Shown: positions 21,285-32,980 of the stretch, in pieces
How the letters are laid out: each line of letters starts with the position of its first letter
How positions within the stretch are numbered: the first letter of the stretch is position 1
Translations under genes and position numbers: made by a program
Notes under the pieces: model-generated
What the model was told of the DNA's origin: nothing
Databases searched by the model: none
Seen by the model: only the letters and a program-made list of their open reading frames with translations
Assembly: GCA_964252075.1 (NCBI GenBank)
Contig: CAXULY010000026.1
Location: 17,055 to 81,054, forward strand
Direction: 5' to 3'
DNA from: an uncultured Deinococcaceae bacterium
GTDB taxonomy: Bacteria; Deinococcota; Deinococci; Deinococcales; Deinococcaceae
DNA: 64,000 nucleotides

Positions 21285-24200
21285 ATGCCGAAACCCAAAA
21301 AGGAGACGGCGGCTAGGGTGTCTGATGCTCAGGAGAAGCCGCGCGCCAAGACGGCGCGCCGTGACCGGAGCGGCACCCCAGAGCAGACTCAGGAAGTCCC
21401 CAAGCGGACCCGCGCCCCGCGCGCAGAGCTGCCCGCCGCCCACAACACAACCGCCCAGACTGGTGCCCGTAAGCCCGGCCGTCAAGCCGCCCGGCCACCC
21501 GTCTCCCCCGCTGCCCCGGAGGCAGCGCCCGAACTGACCGAGCAGCCTGCCGTGCAGGTGGCGCCGGTCAGCGAAACGCCCGCCCGCAGCCCGCGGCGCG
21601 GTCCCCAGCCGCGTCGCGCCACGGACGCCCCGACCGCCGAAGCGGATGCGCCTGCGCTGACGACGGAGTCTTCAGCGGTCACCGCTGAGCAGCCCGAACC
21701 GATAACCGAACCCGAAACAGCCCCGACTGAGCAGATCTTGGAGGCCACCCCGGCCCCGGCTCGGAAGACGCGGGGCCGGAAGCCGCGCGCCAGCGAGCCT
21801 CAGAAAGACACGACTCCCGCTGAACCCGCCAAGCAGGAAACCCCGGCGGTCATGGCAGCCGAAACGCCCCAGGCTGTTGAGGCCGACGTCCCCGCTGCCG
21901 TTGCTGCTGCGGAGCCGGAGCCCGAACCCGCCGATCCGAAGCCGCGCCGTGGTGGACGCAAGCCCCGTCAGGTTGTCCCTGAACCCGTGGTGGAGGCTGC
22001 TGCCGAGCCCGAGGTGACGCAGCCGGACGCAGAACCGAGCGAGCCAGAGGCGGTCACCGCGCCCGTCAGCGAGGCGCCCGCGCCCCGCCGTGGCCGTGGG
22101 AAGCGCTCGACGGCCCCTCAGGCGGAGGTCGCCCCGGTCCAGCCGGAGCCGACCGCTGAACCCGAGGTGCAGACGCCCGACGCAGAGCCGGACGCTCAGC
22201 CTGAAGCCCTTGAGGCGCAGGCGCTGGAGCCCGTGACGGAATCCGCTCCCACCCCTCGCCGTGGCCGCAAGCCGCGCGGCGCCGCGCCCGCAGGGGACGC
22301 GCCGAGCAGCCCAAGCCAGCCTGCACGCCCGGCACGGGGCGGTCGCAAGGCGCGCCCACCGGTGACGCCGGACGTGCAGGCCACGCCCGCCGCAGAAACG
22401 GCGGAACCGGAGATCGAGTCCGCAGCCGAACCCGCGCAGGTGGCGGAGTCGCCCGCCGTGACCGTTGAGCCGCGCGAGGCGGTGCTCGCGCAGCTCCGCA
22501 CGCTGGGCCGCCCCATGCACGTGCGGGACTTCGAGCGCAGCTTCCCCCGCGACCAGCGCCGCGCGCTCGGCAACATTGACTTTGAGGACGTCCTGCAGGA
22601 CCTCATGCGTGAGGGGCAGGTCGTGCGGACGCGCCGCCGCACCTACGGACTGCCGGAAGCCATGAACCTCGTGCGGGGCCGCTTCCAGGCCAGCGCGAGC
22701 GGCTTCGGCTTCGTGATTCCCGAGGCGGGCGGCACGGATTACTACGTGGCGCCGGACGCCACCATGGACGCCTGGAACGGCGACACCGTGCTGGTTCGTC
22801 CGGAGGGTCAGGGCAAGCGCGACGACTCACCGCGCGCGACCGTGGTGCGCATCGTGACGCGCGCCGCGACGCAGCTCGTGGGCACGCTGGAGCGCGCGCG
22901 CGGGTACGCGCTCATCAAGGCGGACGACCTGCGCGCCCGGCACCGCGTCATGCTGGCCCCCGACGGCCTGGATGACGTGAAGGGCGGCAGCCGCATCGTC
23001 GCGAAGCTGTACTGGCCCGAGCAGACGGGTGAGGACGAAGTCTACGGGATGCTCACGCAGGTGCTGGGTGAGACGGACGACCCGGAGACCGAGACTCGCG
23101 CGGTCGTCGTGAAGTACGGCCTGCACGACGAGTTCCCGCCGGAGGTGCTGCGCGAGGCGGAGAAAATCGCCACGCGCATCCCGAAGACGGCGCTGAAGGG
23201 CCGCCTGGACCTGCGCAGCCGCAACGTCTTCACGGTGGACGGCGCGGACGCGAAGGACTTCGACGACGCCATTCACATCGAGCCGCTGGATGGTGGGCGC
23301 TTCCGGGTGGGGGTGCACATCGCGGACGTCAGCCATTACGTGAAGGCGGGCGGCCCGCTGGACACCGAGGCCTTCGAGCGCGCGACCAGCGTGTACCTGC
23401 CCGGTCACGTGCTGCCCATGCTGCCCGAGCACCTCTCGAACGGCGTGTGCAGCCTCGTGCCGGGCGAGGACCGCCTGACGCTCTCCGCCATGATTGAGGT
23501 GAACGCGGACGGTGACGTGCTGGATTACCAGCTCACGCCGAGCGTCATTCACAGCCAGGCGCGCCTCACCTACGACGAGGTGCAGGCATACAGCGAGGCG
23601 CGCGGCGTGCTGCCGGAGCACGCGCGCCGGGTGGAGGGCGACCTGCACCTGCTGCTGAAACTCACCAGCCGCATGCGCCAGAAGCGCCTGCGCGCGGGCA
23701 GCCTGGACTTCCAGATGCGCGAGGTGAAGGTGGATGTGGACCGGGAGGGCAACCTGCACCTGATCCCCATCCGCGAGGAAACCGCGCGCGGCATGATCGA
23801 GGACCTCATGCTCCTCGCGAATCAGGTGGTGGCGCGCTACCTGCTGGAGAAGAACGCGCCCGCCCTGTACCGCGTGCACGAGGAGCCCACGCACCAGCGC
23901 TTCGCGGAGGTGAGCACCGCGCTCGCCCGCATGGGCATCACGCTCGGGGACTCCCCCACGCCGCAGGCGTACCAGCAGGCCCTCAAGCAGGTCCGCGGCA
24001 CCCCGCAGGAAAGCCCCGTGAATCAGCTGCTGCTGCGCAGCCTGAAGCAGGCGCGCTACAGCGCCGAGAACCTTGGGCATTTCGGCCTGGCGTTCGAGGA
24101 GTACCTGCACTTCACGAGCCCCATCCGGCGTTACCCGGACCTTGTGGTGCACCGCATGCTGCGCGCGTACCTGACGGGCCAGGAGCAGTCCGCGCTGGTG

Positions 24201-25157
24201 CAGAGCACGCGCGCGGAACTGCCCGGCATGGCGGACCACACCAGTGACCGCGAGCGCAAGGCCGCCGAGGCGGAGCGCGACCTCACCAAGTACTACCAGG
24301 CCAAGTGGGCGCAGGCGCACCTCGGCGAGACCTTCACCGGGACCGTGAGTGGCGTGACCAGCTTCGGGCTGTTCGTGGCACTGGAGAACGGCGTGGAGGG
24401 CCTGCTGCACATCTCTCACCTCGACGACGACTACTACGTGTTCATCGAGGACGCCCTGATGCTGCGCGGTCGCTCGGGTGGCCGCACCTACCGCCTCGGG
24501 ACCGAGGTCGGGGTGCTGATCTCTCAGGTGAACCCGCTGGCACGGCAAATCGATTTCACGCAGGAGAACGACATGAATTCAGGCATCAAGGCGCGGGCCC
24601 GCACCCGTGAGGAGCGGGAGCAGGCCAAGCGCGAACGGCAGGGCGAGGCGAACGGTCCGGCTGGCATTCAGGCGGATCAGAACGCGCAGCCCCGCAAGCC
24701 GCGCGAGGAGGGTGGCGCGCCGCAGGGTCAGCGCCGCGGTCCGCAGCAGGGCCAGCAGGGCGGCCGTGGCGTGCAGCGCAGTGGGGCCGCGCAGGGGGGC
24801 GGGAACCGCCGCCGCATCGTTACGCTGGACCGCCCGCGCAACGAGCACGCCCGGCCCGTGAACGTGACGGTGCACCGCATGTACTTCGGCGACTGGTCGC
24901 TGGACAACATGCCCACCGAGGACGACGACCGCAACAGCGGCGGCGGCAACTACCGTGGGGGCCGCCCGAGTGGCGGTCGCCCGCAGGCGCAGGCGGCGCG
25001 CACGGGCGGCCCTCGCCCGCAGCAGGGTCAGGCGCCGCAGCGCCAAGCGAGCGCGCCCGCGCCCGCCCCCAGCGCCGCGGCGGGCAGCGACGCGGACGCC
25101 AACAAGCGCCGCCGCCGTCGCCGGGGTCGCCGCAAGGGCAACGGCAGCGAGGGCTGA
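21285..25157 (+). CDS. rnr: Ribonuclease R with long disordered N- and C-terminal extensions
   Basis: GFGFV cold-shock domain, RNB motifs TVDGADAKDFDDA, HIADVSHYV, HFTSPIRRYPDL, S1 domain. Confidence 0.95.
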   Translation: MPKPKKETAARVSDAQEKPRAKTARRDRSGTPEQTQEVPKRTRAPRAELPAAHNTTAQTGARKPGRQAARPPVSPAAPEAAPELTEQPAVQVAPVSETPARSPRRGPQPRRATDAPTAEADAPALTTESSAVTAEQPEPITEPETAPTEQILEATPAPARKTRGRKPRASEPQKDTTPAEPAKQETPAVMAAETPQAVEADVPAAVAAAEPEPEPADPKPRRGGRKPRQVVPEPVVEAAAEPEVTQPDAEPSEPEAVTAPVSEAPAPRRGRGKRSTAPQAEVAPVQPEPTAEPEVQTPDAEPDAQPEALEAQALEPVTESAPTPRRGRKPRGAAPAGDAPSSPSQPARPARGGRKARPPVTPDVQATPAAETAEPEIESAAEPAQVAESPAVTVEPREAVLAQLRTLGRPMHVRDFERSFPRDQRRALGNIDFEDVLQDLMREGQVVRTRRRTYGLPEAMNLVRGRFQASASGFGFVIPEAGGTDYYVAPDATMDAWNGDTVLVRPEGQGKRDDSPRATVVRIVTRAATQLVGTLERARGYALIKADDLRARHRVMLAPDGLDDVKGGSRIVAKLYWPEQTGEDEVYGMLTQVLGETDDPETETRAVVVKYGLHDEFPPEVLREAEKIATRIPKTALKGRLDLRSRNVFTVDGADAKDFDDAIHIEPLDGGRFRVGVHIADVSHYVKAGGPLDTEAFERATSVYLPGHVLPMLPEHLSNGVCSLVPGEDRLTLSAMIEVNADGDVLDYQLTPSVIHSQARLTYDEVQAYSEARGVLPEHARRVEGDLHLLLKLTSRMRQKRLRAGSLDFQMREVKVDVDREGNLHLIPIREETARGMIEDLMLLANQVVARYLLEKNAPALYRVHEEPTHQRFAEVSTALARMGITLGDSPTPQAYQQALKQVRGTPQESPVNQLLLRSLKQARYSAENLGHFGLAFEEYLHFTSPIRRYPDLVVHRMLRAYLTGQEQSALVQSTRAELPGMADHTSDRERKAAEAERDLTKYYQAKWAQAHLGETFTGTVSGVTSFGLFVALENGVEGLLHISHLDDDYYVFIEDALMLRGRSGGRTYRLGTEVGVLISQVNPLARQIDFTQENDMNSGIKARARTREEREQAKRERQGEANGPAGIQADQNAQPRKPREEGGAPQGQRRGPQQGQQGGRGVQRSGAAQGGGNRRRIVTLDRPRNEHARPVNVTVHRMYFGDWSLDNMPTEDDDRNSGGGNYRGGRPSGGRPQAQAARTGGPRPQQGQAPQRQASAPAPAPSAAAGSDADANKRRRRRRGRRKGNGSEG

Positions 25158-25170
25158 ACAGCCGCAACGG

Positions 25171-25200
25171 AGGGGGCGACGGTCGTGACCGTCGCCCCCT
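25171..25200. terminator. Terminator hairpin between convergent genes
   Basis: AGGGGGCGACGGTC-gt-GACCGTCGCCCCCT. Confidence 0.7.
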
Positions 25201-25204
25201 CTCC

Positions 25205-26026
25205 CTATTCCAGCGGCACCGTCAGGGCGTCGCGCGCGAAGGTGAAGTGAGCGGGGAGGGTCACGCGCGTCACGTCCACGCCGTGCGAGAGGTGCGTGAG
25301 CAACACCCGCCCGGCCCGATGCGCCCACCGCAGCGCGAGCGCCTCGCGGATGTCGTACACGCTGCGGCCCGCATGCTCACTAGCCGACTCGTCCGCGAAG
25401 CTGGTGCCGAGCACCAGCAGGTCCAGGCCGTCCAGCCAGCGCGCCACCGTGTCATCCGGGATGTCGATGGCGTCCGTGACGTACGCCCACGTGAAATCAG
25501 GGCGTTCAAAGCGGAAGGCGAAGGAAAAGCCGTTCGCGCCGTGCGGCACCCGGAACGCCCGCACCATGAAGCCCGCCACCGCGAGGCCGCCCTCCGGCAT
25601 GACGTGTACGGGCGCCTCTCGCCGGAAGGCGTACCGGTACCGGTCCTCCACCTGAGGCCGCACCTCCGCCGGGGCGTAGATGGGAAGGGGCGATAGCGCC
25701 CCACCCGCCACGCCGGGCATGCCGAGGTCGCCACCCGCGTACACGGCGTAATCCAGCAGGTCGCCGAGGCCCATCAGGTGGTCGTTGTGCGCGTGACTGA
25801 TCAGCACGGCGGTGGGTCGCACGGGCGCGCCCAGCCGCGCCAGCTGCCCGTGCAGGTCGGGGCCGCAGTCCAGCAGCAGGGCCTCCCCCGCCCCGTGCAC
25901 GAGGGCGGCGGGGCGCGTGCGACGGTTCTGGCCTGAGCCGCGCGCCTCCTGACACACCGGGCAGGCGCACCACCAGCGCGGCACGCCCTTGCTGTCCGAC
26001 GTGCCGAGGAAGGTGAGGGTGCTCAC
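25205..26026 (-). CDS. MBL-fold metallo-hydrolase (PhnP/YycJ-like)
   Basis: FLGTS..GVP..CACPVC, HAHNDH, VPHG, YVTD, LTHLSH. Confidence 0.88.
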   Translation of the reverse strand: MSTLTFLGTSDSKGVPRWWCACPVCQEARGSGQNRRTRPAALVHGAGEALLLDCGPDLHGQLARLGAPVRPTAVLISHAHNDHLMGLGDLLDYAVYAGGDLGMPGVAGGALSPLPIYAPAEVRPQVEDRYRYAFRREAPVHVMPEGGLAVAGFMVRAFRVPHGANGFSFAFRFERPDFTWAYVTDAIDIPDDTVARWLDGLDLLVLGTSFADESASEHAGRSVYDIREALALRWAHRAGRVLLTHLSHGVDVTRVTLPAHFTFARDALTVPLE

Positions 26027-26793
26027 GCGCGCATGAGGGTCCTGGCGGCCCCCTCCAGGTCGCCGCTCGCCGCGAGGCTGCTGCCCACCAGCACGGCGTC
26101 CGCGAGGTCGCGCACGTCTGCGAGGTCTGCGGGCGTCTTGTACCCGCTCTCCGCGACCAGCAGGCCCGTGAAGCCGCGCGCGCGCGCCACCCGCATGAGG
26201 TGCGGCGCGACCTCCAGGTCAATGCGCAGGGTGGTGAGGTCGCGGTTGTTCACGCCGATGATCTCCGCGCCACTCGCCAGTGCGATATCCAGCTCGCGCG
26301 CGTCGTGCACCTCCACGAGGGCGTCCAGCCCTACGCGGTGCGCCTGCGCCAGGAAGCCGGGCAGGCCCCGCCCGAGGACGCTCACCATCAGCAGGGCGGC
26401 GGAGGCGCCCCAGTCGGCCGCCTCGCGGAGCATCGCGGGGTGCACCACGAAGTCCTTGCGCAGCACGGGCGCGCCCACGGCGGCGACCACCGCCTGGAGC
26501 GCCTGCGGGCTGCCGTCGAAGTGCCTTGGTTCCGTCAGCACGCTGATGGCGGCGGCGCCGCCCCGCTCGTAAGCGAGGGCCGCCTCACGTGGGTCGAGGG
26601 GCGCGATGGCGCCCTCGCTGGGGCTCGCGCGCTTCACCTCCGCGATGAGGCGCAGGCCCGGCTCCGCGAGCGCCCGCCGGAACCGCTGGGCGCGCAGCCG
26701 CGCGGGACCGAGATCCGTCGTGACGCCCTGGTAATCCGCTGCCCGCTCACGCACGATCTGCCCCAACACGCCCGGCACACTGCCCACATCCAT
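26023..26793 (-). CDS. trpC: Indole-3-glycerol phosphate synthase
   Basis: IAEVKRASPS, SVLTE, LRKDF, LVEVH, GVNNRDL, VAESG, LVGSSL; TATACT 7 nt upstream of ATG. Confidence 0.95.
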   Translation of the reverse strand: MDVGSVPGVLGQIVRERAADYQGVTTDLGPARLRAQRFRRALAEPGLRLIAEVKRASPSEGAIAPLDPREAALAYERGGAAAISVLTEPRHFDGSPQALQAVVAAVGAPVLRKDFVVHPAMLREAADWGASAALLMVSVLGRGLPGFLAQAHRVGLDALVEVHDARELDIALASGAEIIGVNNRDLTTLRIDLEVAPHLMRVARARGFTGLLVAESGYKTPADLADVRDLADAVLVGSSLAASGDLEGAARTLMRA

Positions 26794-26955
26794 GCCTGAA
26801 AGTATAAGGCGGCCTCCGGTGACGCGGACCCATTCATTTACCGGGCACGCCCGCGCACAAGGGCAGGAGCGCCGTGCTGCCGCTTGTCTTGCAGCCGCGC
26901 GCGCAGGGACGGACGCTCGGGCGGCGTCCCTGAGGACCGTGTTAGCCTGTGCAGC

Positions 26956-27483
<528 letters not shown>

Positions 27484-27495
27484 TGGATGAAGCGA

Positions 27496-27522
27496 AGGCC
27501 GGGACCACTTGGGTCCCGGCCT
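27496..27522. terminator. Terminator hairpin between convergent genes
   Basis: AGGCCGGGACC-acttg-GGTCCCGGCCT. Confidence 0.65.
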
Positions 27523-27537
27523 CGTCTGTACGCTGCA

Positions 27538-27927
27538 TCAGCGCTTCTTCTTGCCCCCACCGCCCGCGGCGGGTTTCTTGCCGCCGGCACTGGAGCGCTC
27601 CTTGGCGTCCCGCATGAAGCTGCGCAGCTTGGCCTCGAACTGCGGTGACTGGCGACCGATGGCGCGCGGACGCGGCATCTCTTCCGGTTCCTCCAGCAGC
27701 TCCTTGATCGAGAGGTCCAGGCGGCCCTTCTCGTCACGACCCAGCACCTTGACCTCCACGGTCTCACCCTCCTGGATGTGATCGTGGACGTTGCGCACAA
27801 AGCTGTGGGCGATCTGCGAGATGTGAACCAAGCCGGTCTCACCGTTCTCGAACTGCACGAAGGCACCAAAATCGGTCACGCGCGTCACGCGTCCCGCCAC
27901 GACGGCGCCCGAATCAAGCTGCACCAA
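27538..27927 (-). CDS. Single S1-domain RNA-binding protein (YugI/GSP13-like)
   Basis: GRVTRVTDFGAFV..GLVHISQI..LDLSIK, basic tail; GGAGG 6 nt upstream of TTG 27927. Confidence 0.9.
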   Translation of the reverse strand: MVQLDSGAVVAGRVTRVTDFGAFVQFENGETGLVHISQIAHSFVRNVHDHIQEGETVEVKVLGRDEKGRLDLSIKELLEEPEEMPRPRAIGRQSPQFEAKLRSFMRDAKERSSAGGKKPAAGGGGKKKR

Positions 27928-28031
27928 GGACATCCTCCCTCATCTGCATGAGTTCATGATACCGCATTCCTGGCTCGCGTCGCCTGAGGTGCGCTTGCCC
28001 CCCCGCTCGGTCAGACTGCTAGATTGCACTC

Positions 28032-28628
28032 ATGAAACTGCGCGGCACCATCGGCGGACTCAACCTGCTCCTGGAACGAGGCGACACCCCCGAGTCCATT
28101 GAGGCGGCCCTCGCGCCGCGCCGCGAGTTGCTCACCGAGCGCGTGACCGTCGAGTTGAGTGGGGAGTTCGATTACCGCGTGCTGGAGGCCGTGAGTCGTG
28201 TGGTGCGCGAGGCGGGCGGTCAGGTGGACCGAGTGCGCGCCGAGCGCGGCGCAGGCAGCGCCCCGAGTGAGGGGGCGCGCACCGTGATCCTGCCGCACAA
28301 CCTCCGCGCGGGTTTTCGCGGGGAGTACAAGGGCAGCGTGGTGGTGCTGGGCGACGTGAACCCCGGCTCGGAACTCGTGGCGGGCGGGGACGTGATCGTG
28401 CTGGGCGCCCTGCGCGGCATGGTGCACGCGGGCGCCGCGGGGAACGCCGAGGCGATCGTGTGGGCGCGGCCCATCGCCAGCCCGCAGATTCGGCTGGCGG
28501 AAGCGATGGCGCGCGCACCCGAGGGGAACAGCATGGGGAACATGAAGAAGCAGGACGGGCCCGGGCAGGCGGAGATCGCGCGCCTGCAGGAAGGCCAGAT
28601 CGTGATTGAGCCTTTCGGGGGTCGATAG
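28032..28628 (+). CDS. minC: Septum site-determining protein MinC
   Basis: GSVVVLGDVNPGSELVAGGDVIVLGALRGMVHAGAAG; TAGATT 6 nt upstream of ATG. Confidence 0.92.
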   Translation: MKLRGTIGGLNLLLERGDTPESIEAALAPRRELLTERVTVELSGEFDYRVLEAVSRVVREAGGQVDRVRAERGAGSAPSEGARTVILPHNLRAGFRGEYKGSVVVLGDVNPGSELVAGGDVIVLGALRGMVHAGAAGNAEAIVWARPIASPQIRLAEAMARAPEGNSMGNMKKQDGPGQAEIARLQEGQIVIEPFGGR

Positions 28629-28639
28629 CTGAAGAGTAA

Positions 28640-28755
28640 AGTCGGACGCCGCAGTTCAGGTGGTCATCCGCGTTGGGGATGACAGGTCTGGGTGAGGCGC
28701 TGCGCTTCGAGAACCACAAAGCCAGCTGAACTCGTCCTGGGCATCAATTCCGACT
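28640..28755. ncRNA. Candidate structured non-coding RNA (class unassigned)
   Basis: Nested complementarities AGTCGGA/TCCGACT, AGTTCAG/CTGAACT, GTCATCC/GGATGAC in a non-coding gap. Confidence 0.25.
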
Positions 28756-28841
28756 CCGGCGCACCGCCCACGGAGGTCACCAGAAGGCGCTCAGTCGCGC
28801 TATGAGTGACGCTGCGACGCTTCCGGTGACCCTTTCAGCCC

Positions 28842-28870
28842 TTCACTTTTCCCCCCTTTTCGCCTATACT
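28842..28870 (+). promoter_or_regulatory. Sigma70-type promoter of rimP-nusA-ylxR-infB
   Basis: TTCACT-17 nt-TATACT. Confidence 0.7.
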
Positions 28871-28892
28871 ATGAGAGCAATTCCTCGAACTG

Positions 28893-28919
28893 AGGGGTGG
28901 GCGAGGTGCCCACCCTTTT
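28893..28919 (+). promoter_or_regulatory. rimP-leader attenuator hairpin
   Basis: GGGTGGGC-gaggt-GCCCACCC-TTTT between promoter and rimP start; matches the GGGC...GCCC terminator-like rimP leader. Confidence 0.75.
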
Positions 28920-28984
28920 CGCTTGCGAGACAGTTTCGTGGAGGGGGTGAGGACACGCTGACTGGCACTGCCAGAAGCCACAAC

Positions 28985-29431
28985 ATGACGCAGGACCTGA
29001 CCGATATCGCGCGGAGCGTCCTTGGGCCCCTGGGCTACGAGGTGCTCGACGTACAACTGCAGAACCCCGGACGTCACCCCACGCTGGTGGTCCGCATGGA
29101 CCGCCTGGATGAACAGCCGGTGGCTGTCTCCGACGTGGAACGCGCCAGCGCGGCGCTGAGCGTGGAGCTGGACCGCCTGGACCCCATTGAGGGCGAGTAC
29201 CGCTTCGAGGTGGAATCCCCCGGCGCGAAACGACCCCTCACCCGCGCGCGGCACTTCGAGCGCATGGTGGGCCTCAAGGCGCGCGTGCGGGGCGACGGGC
29301 ACAGCTTCACCGCGCCCATCTTGAAGGTGGACGGCGAGGACGTGACCTTCGAGACGCCGGACGGCCCCGTGACGCTGCGCGTAGGGGACTTCCAGGCGAA
29401 CCTCGCGGAGTTCCCGCCCAGCCACCGGTAA
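28985..29431 (+). CDS. rimP: Ribosome maturation factor RimP
   Basis: YRFEVESPGAKRPL motif; first gene of nusA-infB operon. Confidence 0.92.
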   Translation: MTQDLTDIARSVLGPLGYEVLDVQLQNPGRHPTLVVRMDRLDEQPVAVSDVERASAALSVELDRLDPIEGEYRFEVESPGAKRPLTRARHFERMVGLKARVRGDGHSFTAPILKVDGEDVTFETPDGPVTLRVGDFQANLAEFPPSHR

Positions 29432-29470
29432 GCACACAACCAAACGACAACCGAATAGGAAGGAACACAG

Positions 29471-30661
<1,191 letters not shown>

Positions 30662-30688
30662 GCCCCCGCCCTTCCTGAAACGAGACCC

Positions 30689-30964
30689 ATGACCGCACAC
30701 ACCCCCGAACGCAGCTGCGTCGCGTGCCGCCGCAAGCGCCCCCAGTCGGAGTTCCTGCGCGTGACGCGCACGGCGTCCGGCTGGGCGCTGCTGGGCGGCG
30801 CGCGCATGGGTCGGGGGGCGTACGTGTGCGCGGACAGCCCGGCGTGCTGGCACGAGAAGCGCCTGCGCCGGGCCTTCAGGGATCAGGCGCCCCTGATCGC
30901 CGCGGCGCTCACCGCGCGCGCTGGCGAGACGGACCACAGAGAGAACGTCATGCAAGCGCGATAA
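30689..30964 (+). CDS. ylxR: YlxR-family RNA-binding protein
   Basis: PERSCVACR, GRGAYVC, LRRAF; between nusA and infB. Confidence 0.9.
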   Translation: MTAHTPERSCVACRRKRPQSEFLRVTRTASGWALLGGARMGRGAYVCADSPACWHEKRLRRAFRDQAPLIAAALTARAGETDHRENVMQAR

Positions 30965-31020
30965 TTGTCCTACTGCGCCCGACCTGCCCCACTTGCGGCC
31001 GGGCGAACCCGGAGGAAGCC

Positions 31021-32892
<1,872 letters not shown>

Positions 32893-32903
32893 AGCGAGCG
32901 GTT

Positions 32904-32945
32904 AAAAAGGGCGCCTCCCAAGTTGGGAGGCGCCCTTCTCCTTTT
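32904..32945. terminator. Bidirectional intrinsic terminator
   Basis: AAGGGCGCCTCCCAA-g-TTGGGAGGCGCCCTT with A-run before and T-rich tail after. Confidence 0.85.
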
Positions 32946-32980
32946 CGTTGGATGATGCGTTCCGCAGTGGTCCTGGCGCG

